A stretch of DNA of 64,000 nucleotides from Octopus vulgaris (GCA_951406725.2 OX597823.1:52452001-52516000), one strand, 5' to 3'. Shown: positions 27,136-41,065, numbered from the stretch's first letter. Notes: generated from the letters alone by a model not told the origin. Numbers and translations: made by a program.

Positions 27136-27897
27136 ACTTCCTTGACTCCACCTCTGAGATGTCACGGCAAACTGTTTAGCTGTTGTATATTGATGCAGTC
27201 AGTGTTATGTAACACAGATATCTGCCACCATTATCGTTAACAAGCAGGTAGTATTTGGTCATCTAGTAGTGAATAGCCCTGCCTTTAATTTATGCTTCTA
27301 ATCACACCTCACTCACATGGCTTCAGCCATATTGTATTTTCATTCCCTTACTTTCCAAATAATTTTCTCTTCGAGTTAATTTTAATTCATTTTATTAGAT
27401 AGCTTTTACATTTCTGGAGTTTTTTTTTTCAGTTTTTTTTTCTCCATAATATTTCAAATTACTTATATCATGAACTTTTTGTCTATATCTCTATCTATAG
27501 TTACCTATGCTGAATATATTTATTAATTTATTTCTATATTTGTCACAAATACCTCGACAAGTACTGTTATTGTAGTATGTTAACTAATGTAATTTGGTAG
27601 AAAAGCTAGTAATAGCACCTTAGCACCTTAATACGTAGTGCTACATGGGGGAAGCAGAGAGAAGAATCCTATTCAATATTTGAGATTTCTTCAAGTAGAA
27701 TATTTGGTTTCTTGTAAATATTAATGTAATGCAAGCTACTAGCTCTTAATTTATATGTATACATACATACATACATATATACATACATACATACATACAT
27801 ATATAGAGAGAGGAGGAGGTAGAGAGGGAGAGGGGGGAGGGAGGGACACAGACAGACTGACAGATAGATAGATTGATAGAGATATACATCCAAACAA

Positions 27898-27938
<41 letters not shown>

Positions 27939-27977
27939 ACCTGTATTTACATTATATATATAATACATATTACATGC

Positions 27978-28013
<36 letters not shown>

Positions 28014-28052
28014 ACCTATATTTACATTATATATATAATACATATTACATGC

Positions 28053-28090
<38 letters not shown>

Positions 28091-28791
28091 TAAATATATA
28101 TGTGTGTGTATGTGTATGTATACATACATATAAATATCGATATATCTGCCTATATATATAAATATACATATATACATACATGCTTACATTTGTATGTATA
28201 TAAATATATATATGTATATATGTGTTTATATATATATGTGTGTGTGTGTTTTATATATGAATGTATGTATATGTACAAATATATTCATATGTACATATAC
28301 ATATTTATACATATAGAGACCACAGGAGGGATCCAGAGATGCTCAATATAGGACACACATAGTCGTGCTCAAATGATTTGAACTAGTACTCTGAAGTTTT
28401 GTAATATATAAGTATCTGTATGCTTATAGAAGGGCATTTCTCTTCTGTATATTTTTACCTTTTGTTTTTCTCTCTATATATATATCCCTATATATATATA
28501 TATTCATATACATATATGTATGTATCTATATTTAATGTATGACGCTCACCTATGCTTACCTGCATCACTATTTCCAAGTTTATACACTCACACACACACA
28601 GATATCTGTCAGTATGTGCACCTATATATATGTGTGTATATATGTGACTAAGTATGTATGTAGATAGGATAACTGGTTGTGATTGTTGAAAATGCACCTG
28701 AATTTTAAAACATATTGTAGTTTTAAAATGCATTTTCAACTCCAAAATTTACTGTTACATTCTTTCCTACATAAGAATAAACTTCTTTTCT

Positions 28792-28857
<66 letters not shown>

Positions 28858-29028
28858 TACATACATATATACATATATATATGTAGAAATAGTTGCATAC
28901 TAAGCTGTATCGACATATAACACTGATGGCGTGGAGAGGAGGCTGGTATGCATGGGCGACTGCTGGTCTTCCATAAACAACCTTGCCCGGACTTGTGTCT
29001 AGGAGGGTAACTTTCTAGGTGCATATGG

Positions 29029-29075
<47 letters not shown>

Positions 29076-29107
29076 TGTATATATATTCATATATATATAC
29101 ACACGCA

Positions 29108-29480
29108 TATTCTTTTATTCTTTTACTTGTCTCAGTCATTTGACTGTGACTATGCTGGAGCACCACCTTTTAGTCAAGCAAATCGACTCCAGGACTTATT
29201 CTTTGTAAGCTTAGTACTTATTCTATCGATCTCTTTTGCTGAACTGCTAAGTTACAGGGATGTAAATACACCAACATTGGTTATCAAGCGATGTTGGGTG
29301 ACAAACAGACACACAAATACATACATACATATATATCTATATATATATATATATATATATATGTATACGATGAACTTCTTTCAGTTTCCATCTACCAAAT
29401 CCACTCTCAAGGCTTTGGTCAGCCCAAGGCTATAATAGAAGACATTTACCCAAGGTGCCATGCACAGGGACTGAACCCAA
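29108..29480 (-). mobile_element. SINE family A (head truncated)
   Basis: Family A body on the minus strand. Confidence 0.85.
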
Positions 29481-30401
29481 AACATATATATATATATATA
29501 TATATATGTTTATGTTGTCTGTCTCTATATCTATATTTACATATTTATTCAGTAATGAATTGAATTTTTGCAAAGGCAGTGATTTACCAATGCATAAGAT
29601 ATGGAAAACAACTAGCAAAGTTTCTTTTCTTCTCATCTAATTATAATTGAACTTAGAAATTTCAATATATTTGTAATTATATAATTTTAATACATTACGT
29701 ATGAAACTCTTTTATCACCTTATGCCAATTCAAAATTAAATATATACATATATGTACACACACATACACTCACAAACACACACATACACACACACATGCA
29801 TACACATATATATGTATACATATACATACATATATATTTATATATAAATATGTATGTATATGTATATATACATATATATATTCTCACACATACACATACA
29901 TATATATGCATATATGTATGAATGCATTTATATATGTGTATATACACACAGACGCACACACAAATATATGTATACATGTATGTATGTTTAAATATGTATA
30001 TATACACACTCATACCTATGTACGTAATAATTAGTAATGGCCCTTATATTTTGTGTTCAAATCCTACCCAAATAAAATTTCATTTTCATTCTTCAGAGTT
30101 CATAGAATAAAGTACTTACCAGAATCTGAGATCAGGTTTATTGACTGAATCATCTCCCTCTCAAAATTCCTGGCCTTGTGCCCCCATCAGAAACCAGCAG
30201 AATTACTAGGACATCAGGAAAAAATATTTTATGGTATTTATTCCGTCTGTATACATCCTGAGCTCTAATTCTGGAGAAGTCATCTTTGACTTTCATCCTT
30301 TAACTGTTGATGAAAGAAATTACAAGCATTCGGTGGTTGTTCATATTTGGTGGTTAATAGTATTGATTCCATATTGTTGGCCTTATGCCTAAATCAGAAG
30401 C

Positions 30402-30434
<33 letters not shown>

Positions 30435-30809
30435 CATCATCATTATTATTATTATTGTTAATATTATTATCATTATTATGTGAGGATGCATGGCCTAATG
30501 GTTAGGCTGCTGCACTCCCAGTTGTGGGATCGTTGTTTCAGTTCCTAGACTGGGTGATGCATTGTGTTCTTGAGAAAAACACTTCATTTAACATTGCTCT
30601 GCAATTGCTTTGACACCTGACGTATAGTACACCATACACCTGTTCAGGTAACATCAATTTGATGAGCTTGATATATGACATATACTTTCGATCACTATAT
30701 ACAAATCATTTGTGCAGGTCATTTAACAAAAGTTGAATGCTCATATGTTGTCTTCAACAGGAGAGTCTATTATCATCATCATCATCATCATCATCATTAT
30801 CATTATTAT

Positions 30810-31030
30810 TTTCTCTTTATCACAAGTTTTGTTGGAGATCCTGGAGTCTTGCATCCATAGTGGGCTTTACTACCTGCAGTCTACAGTACCATACTTTTCG
30901 ACTATACCAAGGAGGCAAATCTTTTGTAACAGTTCTACTGGGCACTCTATTCCAATTTCCTTTATAACCCTCTTGATGCCTTCTAATACTGTTCCCAATG
31001 ACCCAACAATAATTGGCGCTATCTTCACTA
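30810..31030 (-). mobile_element. R4/Dong-type LINE 3' fragment within an (ATT)n/(ATC)n tract
   Basis: Minus frame IVKIAPIIVGSLGTV...ELLQKICLLG is a typical REL-LINE C-terminus. Confidence 0.7.
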
Positions 31031-31080
<50 letters not shown>

Positions 31081-31520
31081 GAGTGAGAGAGCAGCGCATG
31101 TCATCAAAGTGACACTGGGGTAAAATATACGAAGCCCAGTATACCCATCATGACTACTCATCCGATAAGGGTACACTAGGCACATGCATCACAACAATAT
31201 GTGCGCGACATGGTGATCTCATATCAAGATAAACAGCATATGACCTTGCAGGTGGGGCCCAGTTAAAATTTTCCTCTGGTCGAGTGACCCATCCCACTCA
31301 AAAGGTCCCTGAATAAGGGTTGTTTAAGGATGTTGAGCAAAAGACCCATGTTTCCCGAGGTGAATTATTCAAACCCCAAAGAATCCCTTTCAACACATGG
31401 CTATGATGCTTCCCCACATATCGTCAGCCACTAAGGGACATGCTCAACTTGTTATGGTCAAACAACTGACAAGCAAATCTGTGGTATTGAACAGAATATT
31501 TGCTGTAGCCCATCTTTTAT
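31081..31520. mobile_element. (ATT)n-anchored interspersed repeat, class uncertain
   Basis: Starts GAGTGAGAGAGCAGCGCATGTCATCAAAGTGAC directly after (ATT)n. A short related start lies at ~26992-27030, also in (ATT)n. Confidence 0.55.
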
Positions 31521-32299
31521 TATTATTCACAATCTAGACTAGAGTCTGAAAGTTCATCACACTATAGTTGGTTACACCATGGTTCCTCTGCTTTGTGGCA
31601 GAAGTAGGAAGAAAGAGTGAGAGAAAGTTATGGTGAAAGAGTACAGTGGGGTTCACCACCCACACACCCCGCTGGAGCCTTGTGGAGCTTAGGCATTTTT
31701 GCTCAATAGCTGCTGCTACTATTGTTGTTGTTGTTGATGATGTTAAGACAGTGACTTGGTAAAATCATTAGTGCATTAGACAAAATACTAAGCAACATTT
31801 CTTCCAACTTTTACTTTATAAGTTCATCATTGCTCAAACTGCTAGAGTTACCAGACAAATTTCCTTATGCACACCTCACCATTTCAAGAAGATATACTGG
31901 ACAATATGGTCCTGGTTTTCCTGCACTTGAGAAAAAGATGGACAGGACATGGTTGGAATACTTTGGTCATGGGTCTTTGCTCAATCAGGGATAACCAGGA
32001 TCTAAGTAACAAAAGTATCACCTTCAGCTATGATGCAGTTCTGACACAGGTAGATTTTTTTTTTCAGTGGGTGATGTGGATCTTAGCAGTGTAACCAAAA
32101 ATGTTACTGTTGCCTACAGCAATATTTAGAATCAGTTACAATGAGGAAAAGCCTCTGTTCAGTCACAGCTAGAAATAGCCATGAAATCTCTTCTTAAATA
32201 ATATATTGCAATCTTAAAAGGGAAAGGATACTTTAGATATAATATATGCTTGAGTACATTATGTCTGAAAAATAAGACCCACTCATTACAACTTTTGTC

Positions 32300-32660
32300 C
32301 TGACAATGAGCCACCCAACAACCTTTGTCAAACTTTGTGAGCAAACGCTGACTGAGATGGCTGGGTCATATAATATGACTTCCACAGGAAAGACTCACCA
32401 ACCAAGCCCTTCGGTGTAAAACTGATGGGAAGAGACGGAGAAAACACCCAAAGATGAATTGGTACCAAACAACATGCAGCTGATTGACAGAACATGTAAT
32501 GATGTAATGATGCTTTGAGAGAAGTGAAGAACGATTGTCACAGGTTTTCTTTGACTCTCTCGTGTTTTTCACAACATGGAAGCTTCTAAGTCGAAGTAGG
32601 TCTCAGCTGCATGTTTATAATAATAAGTCTACTCAATCAAAGTTGACTTGGGGCTAAACA
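32300..32660 (+). mobile_element. RTE-clade LINE 3' fragment, degenerate
   Basis: LRWLGHII*LPQERLTNQALRCKTDGKRRRKHPKMNW. Confidence 0.7.
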
Positions 32661-32729
32661 ACAACTTACTTAGAATTAAGTGAGTCTGATCCTTGAAAAC
32701 TTAATGCCTTGGCATAACTATCTCTTATC

Positions 32730-33338
32730 TGTCTTTTACTTGTCTCGATCATTAGACTGTGGCCATGCCAAATGAATTAACTCCAGTACTTGTCATTTCT
32801 TTTTTGAAGCCTGGTACTTATTCCATTGATTTCTTTTGACAAAATTATGAGGATGTAAACACACCAACACCAGTTGTCAAACAGTAGTGGGGGACAAACA
32901 CACACACACACATATATACAATGGGTTTCTTTCAGTTTCTTATTTCTTATTTATTTATTTCCTACATGGGGCTAAACATAGAGGGGACAAACAAGGACAG
33001 ACAAAGGGATTAAGTTGATTACATCGACCCCAGTGTGTAACTGGTACTTTATTTATCGACCCCAAAAGGATGAAAGGCAAAGTCAACCCCGGCAGAATTT
33101 GAACTCAGAACGTAACGGCGGACGAAATGCTGCTAAGCATTTTGCCCGGCATGCTAATGTTTCTGCCAGCTCACCAACTTTTTCTTTCAGTTTCTGCCTA
33201 CCAAATCCACTCATAAAACTTTGGTCAGCCTAGGGCTATAGAAGAAAACACTTACCAAAGGTGCCCTGCAGTGAGACTTAACCCAGAACCATGTGTTTGG
33301 AAAGCAGACTTATTACCACACAGCCATGCCTGTGCCTA
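32730..33338 (-). mobile_element. SINE A with nested SINE B (32945-33175, minus strand)
   Basis: TTTCTTTCAGTTTCT is duplicated on both sides of the SINE B insert (~32926-32940 and ~33181-33195). Confidence 0.85.
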
Positions 33339-34347
33339 TTAAATAAGTTGTTAAATATATATATATTTTTTTTTTTTTATGTAGACAGGAAGCCTTGTTC
33401 AAATAGAATTTTCATTAGCAAATAAACATTGCAACAGCAGCTGCAGTAAAATTAATCCTAGAACAGAGAAGGTCATTAGCTGATATACCTGGATATAGTG
33501 TCTTCAATTTTAATTAAAGAACACCTTGATACTTGAAGCCTTTTTAGTGAAGAATTGTAAGACTTAATAAGGCTCTCAGCAATTGCCATTTTTGTTTGTA
33601 ACTAGGAAAGAAAATTATCAGTCCTGAAGAAAAATTTAATAACCACTTGTTAACATGAGTGCACCGGCTTTGAATATTTGAATATTTGAATATTTCTCTA
33701 TAAAATTTTAGAACAATGCTAATTTCTCGATTATTATATGAGAACAGTGAACATTTTCAACTAGACTAGTAAAGGCTCTAAGCATAATATTAGAATAAGA
33801 GAGAAATATTCATTTTATAATAATTATTTCTTACATGGACTAAAACTTTTAGATTTATATGGAATGGAAAATAGGAACGCATGACATTTATGTCATTCTC
33901 AAGGGCATTAGCTACACAAAGGAAATAAAATTGGTACAGTTTGGAATGAAAACTAAATCAGTGAGTTAGCTTCTTGGTAACTAATCACTGTTCTATACTG
34001 TTTCAAATATTTTATTTTCCAAGATTGAAGACATAACATACAAAATATAATTATCTGAGAAATGACACTGAAATTATAAGATTATTTTATTATATTTTGT
34101 AAGAGAGAGTGTTCCATTGGTGAAATCCTGAACTGTAAGACTTTGATAAATGATCAAAATTAGACTGTGAATGGAATGTTATATTTGTATATAACCATCC
34201 AATCATTTCTGCAAGAAGTCTGCTTCAACTGAGCATGATTGCAGGTAATCAGCAAAAACACATTAATAAAGATAAATATATATTTAACACATGTATCAGT
34301 GTGATAAGTAGAATCAACTATTTGAACTTTCATGACTTACATGTAAA

Positions 34348-34384
<37 letters not shown>

Positions 34385-34854
34385 TACATGGATCCTTGAT
34401 TTGCTAGAAATAGCAGCTAAATATCTCTTAAATCACAACATTTTCTTTTGAAAAATGGAAGCTCATGGTGAACAATGTAATGTCTGATGTAAAAAGACAA
34501 TGACTGGTCATGGCTCAAATACCTTTGATCATAGGCTTGCTCAATCAAGGTTTGCCTGATACTAATCAATGATGATAACTGGGTGATCAATGTCAGTTAA
34601 TTTCAGAGGTAAGAACAGTAGTTGCAATAATAATTCAGTTCCAAGGGGCATTTTAATGAAAATAAAGTGAAATAGCTATAACAAGGCATCACAACAGTGT
34701 CAGCGATTCAATTCATTAGACAAACCTGCTTCCTGCCTAATCTACAGCATTCTAGAGAGAAAAAGCATTAAAGTGTTGGGAAGGAAAGAAGGAAGGAATA
34801 ACAGGAAGTAATGTGGAATAAGTTATGTATAATGTGATATTTAATATTTGCATA

Positions 34855-35250
34855 TTCTTTTACTTGTTTTAGTTGTTTGACTGCAACCATGCTGGAGCAC
34901 CAACTTAAAGGGTGTTAGTTGAAGAAATTGACCCCAGGACTTATTCTTTGTAAGCCTAGTTAGTACTTATTCTATCGGACTCTTTTGCCAAACTACTAGT
35001 TTACAGGGACATAAACACACCAGCATCGGTTGTTAAGCAATGGCTTGAGGAGGGGACAAGCACACACACACAGAGATACATATATATACAGCAAGCTTCT
35101 TTCAGTTTATGTCTACCAAATCCACTCACAAGGCATTGGTCAACCCAAGGCTGTAATAGAAGACACTTGCCCAAGGTGCCACACAGTGGGACTGAACCTG
35201 GAGCCATGTGGTTGGGAAGCAAGCTTCTTACCACACAGCCACACCTGTAC
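34855..35250 (-). mobile_element. SINE family A
   Basis: Full body and head on the minus strand. Confidence 0.9.
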
Positions 35251-35382
35251 CTATGCATTTTTACAACTTCATATTAATTTTCTATTCAGCCTTTTGTCTC
35301 AAATCATTTAAATATTTAGATATTTCTGTTTAATTAAAAATTTTTGTATAAGTTTTTTCTTCCCCCAACCACCATAAAAAAT

Positions 35383-35800
35383 AGGTGCAGACATGGTAAG
35401 AAGCTTGCTTCCCAACCACATGGTTCCTGGTTCAGTCCCACTGCATGGCACCTTGGGCAAGTGTCTTTTACTGTAGCCTTGAGCCAACCAAAGCCTTGTG
35501 TGTGGATTTAGTAGATAGAAACTGAAAGAAACCCGCTGTTTCTATATGTCTATATCTATATCTGTGTGTGTGTCTTTCTGTCTGTGTTTTCCCCCCAACC
35601 ATCACTCAACAACCAATGTTGGTGTGTTTACATCCCCATAATCTAGTGATCCAGAAAATGAGGATGATAGAATAAGTAGTAGACTTACAAATAATAAGTC
35701 CTGGGGTCAGTTTCTCAGGCTACAACCCTTTATGGTGGTGCTCCAGCATAGCCACAGTCAAATGGCTGAAACAAGAAAAAGTGCAAAAGAATAAAAGAAT
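35383..35800 (+). mobile_element. SINE family A
   Basis: Full copy, head-to-head with 34855-35250. Confidence 0.88.
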
Positions 35801-36620
35801 AAATTCTGGAGTCAGTGTTTCTGCAGTTGGATGTGTTATTCATTCCTGATCACTGAATTCTGAAATATTGATCATGTATATCAACACCAAATGTACAAAC
35901 AAATGAAAGTTTTATTAACACACCTTATCTAGTAGCAAAATAATAATGACTGTCAAGTCAATAAAGCAGTCTCTATGTGGTCATTGAAATTGCTAACAAT
36001 AGCTGGCAAACTTCTTTTAAATCTAAGAAAAATTTTAAGAAAAATAATGAGATAGCTAAGACTATAGTAGACAATGTTGTCCTAGACTTATGATATCCAA
36101 AAAAATGGAATAGGTGTAGTTGGAATATTTCAGAACATAAATTTTTTCTGTAAAAGCTGACATGGAATTTAATAAAACCCATACATTGTGACAAGGTTTT
36201 AATTTATGAATATACATTGGAAATTCAGCAATTTAACCTCACAAGATTTGATTTACTCATAACTATCTGGGACATTAACACATAGGACTGCATTGATCAG
36301 CCAGTCCTGAAACATACAATATCACACAAATCATACTAACCTTGTTTACATTTATTTTTGAAGGAAGTGAGAAACTCTTTTATGTGAGAGAGAAAATTCG
36401 AATTCCTTCCTCTATTGTTCATTTCTGCTCTGGATGTTTGACTTGGGCAAGTTTCGGAAAGACAGACAAAGGTGAATGATCGAAAATAGAAATTAAATTG
36501 GGGATTGTAATAAGAAAACAATAAAAACTAAAAGCAGTATACATGTGTAGCAGGAATATAAGCAATCAAGCCCAGACATACAAATACACACACACACACA
36601 CACACGCAGACACACACACA

Positions 36621-36686
<66 letters not shown>

Positions 36687-37126
36687 TAATCCAAACAAGA
36701 AAACACAGAAAAAAAGAGAAAAAAAACAGCAACGCGAGGACGTGGAACAATCAAAGTATTATTGACGCTCAGGAAAGAAGGCCGAACTTCTTTCAGTTTC
36801 CATCTACCAGATCCACTCACAAGGCTTTGGTTGGCCTGAGGCTATAGTAGAAGACACTTGCCCAAAGTACCATGCAACAGGACTGAACCTGGAACCATGT
36901 AGCTGGGAAGAAAGCTTCTTACCACACAGCTACGCCTGTGGCTGATTACTTCTTCAGGTTTTGTTTTCCTTTTATAACTTATGATTAACCTTTAAATATT
37001 CAGATTACTCCTTCATATATAATGCTTATTTATTCATATTGTCTTGAAGGCAAGTATCTTCTGCTATAGCCTCAGGCCAGCCAAAACCTTGTGAGTGGAT
37101 TTGGTAGATGGAAACTGAAAAAAGCC

Positions 37127-37317
37127 CAGTTCTGTATTTAAGAGATGCTGAAATATGTACATTATTTACATTATTTACATTCGACGGCTATTTGTCCTCA
37201 CCCTGTTTGTTGTTAACACAACGTTTCAGCTGATATACCCTCCAGCCTTCTTCAGGTGTCTTGGGGAAATTTTGAACCTGGGTTCTCATTCAATGTTGTT
37301 ATTATTATTATTATTAA

Positions 37318-37348
<31 letters not shown>

Positions 37349-37443
37349 TATTATTATTATTATTGTTCAGGTTACTGCTTAGTATCGAACTTGGAATCTT
37401 GGGAGTTAGTAGCCCGCACTCTTAACCACTATGCCATATGCCC
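37127..37443 (-). mobile_element. tRNA-headed SINE carrying a hammerhead ribozyme (family H), inserted in a SINE A
   Basis: Minus strand: head GGGCATATGGCATAGTGGTTAAGAGTGCGGGCTACTAAC...AAGTTCGATAC (A and B boxes), (AAT)n, hammerhead, (ATGTAAATA)2, end CTCTTAAATACAGAACTG. Confidence 0.85.
37215..37260 (-). ncRNA. Minimal type I hammerhead ribozyme
   Basis: GACAC-CTGAAGA-a-GGCTG-gagggtatat-CAGCT-GAAA-CG-TT-GTGTT. Stem III is reduced to the palindrome ACGT. Confidence 0.85.
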
Positions 37444-37892
37444 GGTAGAATAAGTACAAGGCATGAGAAATAAGTCATGAGATCAATTTGTTTGACTAAA
37501 ACCCTTCAAGGTAGTGCTCCAGCATAGCCACGGAGAAAGAATTTGATAAGTATGGAGAGTAAGTAAGGCTGGAATATCTTTGATCAGGTCATAAATCTAC
37601 TCAATCAAAGATGACTTGAGTTTAAGCAACAATAACGACAACAAAATTTAAGAAGCCGTGATGATAGTCACAGCAGTATAAGAGATGCAATCATGTCATC
37701 CTTTTATCTCTTATTGTTTACTGGTTTCAGTCATTGGGCTATGGCCATGTTGGGGCATTATCTTGAAGAGTTTTTTTTTTAGTAGATGGAAACTGAAAGA
37801 AGCCCAGTTCTGTATTTAAGAGATGCTGAAATATGTACATTATTTACATTATTTACATTCGACGGCTATTTGTCCTCATCCTCTTTGTTGTT

Positions 37893-37938
37893 AACACAAC
37901 GTTTCAGCTGATATACCCTCCAGCCTTCTTCAGGTGTC
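37893..37938 (-). ncRNA. Minimal type I hammerhead ribozyme (duplicate, within 37782-37968)
   Basis: Identical motif, offset 678 bp from 37215-37260. Confidence 0.85.
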
Positions 37939-38282
37939 TTGGGGAAATTTCGAACCTGGGTTCTCATTTTTTTTCCAGCCTGGTACTTATTCTGTCAGAC
38001 TCTTTTGCTGAACTGCTAAGTCGTGAGGGATGTAAACACACCAACACCAGTCATCAAATGGTAGTGGGAGACAAACACAGACACAAAGACATACACATAT
38101 ATATATATATGTATATACAACAGACCACTTACACTTTCCCTCTACCAAATTCACTCAGAAGGCTTTGGTCAACTCAAACTATAGTAGATGACACTTGCCC
38201 AAGTCGCCACATGGAGACTGAACTCAGAACCATGGGGTAGGGAAGCAAGCTTCTTATCACACAGCCACACCTGTACCTCCTT

Positions 38283-38500
38283 TATTCTTTTACTCTTTTA
38301 CTTGTTTCAGTCATTTGACTGTGGCCATGCTGGAGTACTGCTTTTAGTCGACCAAATCGACCCCAGGACTTATTCTTTGTAAGCCTAGTACTTATTCTAT
38401 AGGTCTCTTTTGCCAAACCGCTAAGTTACGGGGACATAAACACACCAGCATCGATTGCCGAGCGATGTTGGGGGGCAGAAACACAGACACACAAACATAT

Positions 38501-38549
<49 letters not shown>

Positions 38550-38718
38550 ACATATATATGATGGGCTTCTTTCAGTTTCCGTCTACCAAATTGACTCACA
38601 AGAGGCTTTGGTCGGCCCGAGGCTATAATAGAAGACACTTGCTCAAGGTGCCATGCAGTGGGACTGAAACCAGAACCATGTGGTTCGTTAGCAAGCTACT
38701 TACAACATAGCCACTCCT
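38283..38718 (-). mobile_element. SINE family A, young full-length copy (an older copy lies at ~37700-38280)
   Basis: Full match to family A. Confidence 0.9.
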
Positions 38719-39480
38719 ACACCTGTACATTTTGAACTTAAACATTTTTATATTTAGATTTAGATAACTTCTTCTTCAAACACTTATTTTGTCTTTTTTT
38801 TTTTTTTTTCCATTGCAAACTTGATATATTAGTATGATAATATTAAATTACATGAAACTGAAATCCATTAAACAATGTTTTCAGCCATCTTCCTTTTATT
38901 GTAGTTTATCTTTGCATATGGTTCTGTCACTTCGCTTATATTTCTGTTATTTGATTTTCAAGTGTCCTTTTGAGATCTGCAGATATTTAACCTCAAAAGT
39001 GTATCTGTATAAACCCATCCCCAAAGTGCTGATAGTGAACACTAGAAATGGTTACACCTAACCATTGCTTTGACATTTCTGACAATAATCTTTTATAATC
39101 CAACAACAAAAGTGAGAAATTGCAAATGAAATAATCCCATCATAAATTTGAAACCTCAAGACATGTTTCTGCGGTTCCTTTTATCTGAGCATTTGCTACT
39201 CCATGCAAATGACACTTGAATTTTTCACTTCTCACAGACTTCAAATCTTTGTCATTGCTAATCAAATTTAAATAAAATCTTATATAGTTGTTGGATGTGT
39301 AATTGTAATATAACAAACAGATATTTAATCAAAAATGAGAATATAGGGGTATACTTCACTTTAACAGCAGTGGATATATAAAAGATGAGTGACACAAGGA
39401 AAACATAGAATGACATTGTTACTCAACTTATAATATTGTGTCCTCTTTCTAAAGCAAACTCCAAGGTTGAAACTAAAATG

Positions 39481-39526
<46 letters not shown>

Positions 39527-39768
39527 ATAGACAGATGGATATAGATTTATATATATGACACAGATACACACACATATGTGTGGGGCATTTAACTTCCGTC
39601 AGTACATAGACTTGTATTCTGTTTGTAGCTATAAGGGCCTTTGACTCTTGTTTCTAGCAATATAGGTCCTTCACTGCAGCCTTAATCATTATTAGTGACA
39701 ACTGAATTTTTGCTTTTTGGTTTTATATTGTGTCTAACCACTTTTATATATATTTTATTTTTTTTATT

Positions 39769-40021
39769 TATTCTTTTACTTGTTTCAGTCATTGACTGCA
39801 GCCATGCTGGAGCATCACCTTACTTAAAGAAATTGACCCCAGGACTTATTCTTTGTAAGCCTAGTACTTACTCTGTTGGTCTCCTTTGCCAAACTGCTAA
39901 GTTTCAGGAATGTAAACACACCATCGGTTGTCAAGCAATGGTGGGGAAACAAACACAGATACACACAAATATATACATACACGCATACATACATACATAC
40001 ATACATACATACATACATACA

Positions 40022-40056
<35 letters not shown>

Positions 40057-40178
40057 GTATATATACACGACAAGCTTCTTTCAGTTTCCGTCTAACAAAT
40101 CCACTCACAAGGCTTTGGTCTGCCCAAAGCTATAGTAGAAGACACTGTTGGGAAGCGAGCTTCTTGCCACACAGCCAC
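39769..40178 (-). mobile_element. SINE family A with internal (CATA)n
   Basis: Family A body with a deletion in the head region. Confidence 0.85.
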
Positions 40179-40603
40179 TATATATTCTTTTATTTGTTTT
40201 AGTCATTTAATTGCAGCTATGCTGGTGCAGAAAATGGTTCCCCTTAGTATATGCAGTAAGAAGAAGTGACTTGGTCAAAATCCTAAGACAAAGATCATCA
40301 GACCTGATAGACTTTTGTAACTTTTGCAATTCTTCATAAATGAAATAACAATTGCCATTGTTGCCATGGAAATAGGATTTGTGGTGATGGTGTTGAGGAA
40401 TAGTATTAATCAGACTTTCTCACATGACATAATTATTATTGATTTTGAATTCAAATCTCACCAAGGTTTACTTCAGCATTCCACCTTGTTGGGTTGACAA
40501 AATATGAATATCAGTCTAGTACTCAATTTACTGTAGTCAATATCCTTTCTGTAAAATTTGTGACTGTGCACCTAGGTTAAATATCATTATTATCGTTATG
40601 AGA

Positions 40604-40808
40604 AAGGTGGGGAATTGGCAGAATCGTTAGCATACCAGATGAAATGTTTAGCAATATTTTGCCCGTCGCTATGTTCTGAGTTCAAATCTTGGCAAGGTTG
40701 ACTTTACCATTTATCTTTCCAGGGTGGATAAATTAAATACCTATGAAACTCTGAGGTCGATGTAATCAACTAGTCCCCTTCCCCCAAAATTTCAGGCCTT
40801 ATGCCTTA
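40604..40808 (+). mobile_element. SINE family B, ending in (ATT)n
   Basis: GGTGGGGAATTGGCAGAATCGTTAGC...GAGTTCAAATC. Confidence 0.8.
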
Positions 40809-41065
40809 ATTATTATTATTATTATTATTATGGAAAATAAAACTTTTTTTCTTGACATCTGCTGCATTTACACATTATCCACTGAGCACCACCCAGACAT
40901 CTGAGATAATGAATAAGATGTTCTAAATTCATTTGATAATAGTATGATATTGAAAAATACTAGGTTAAAAAGAAAAGTTCATTTAAGTGCTCAATAAAAA
41001 TTCTTTAGAACAATAAAATTTAAGATGATAGTTGTTGTTGTTAGTAGTGGTGGTGGTGGTGGTGG

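Noticed and set aside
33380-34850. Repeat-poor stretches as possible host exons or regulatory elements (also 55100-56200 and 61640-62710)
   Set aside because: No convincing ORF with splice sites or recognisable motif. Small exons cannot be excluded without RNA-seq or conservation data.
39150-39195. Minus-strand A-GAAA-CAUG-UC with palindrome ACAUGU
   Set aside because: No CUGANGA core or stem II upstream.
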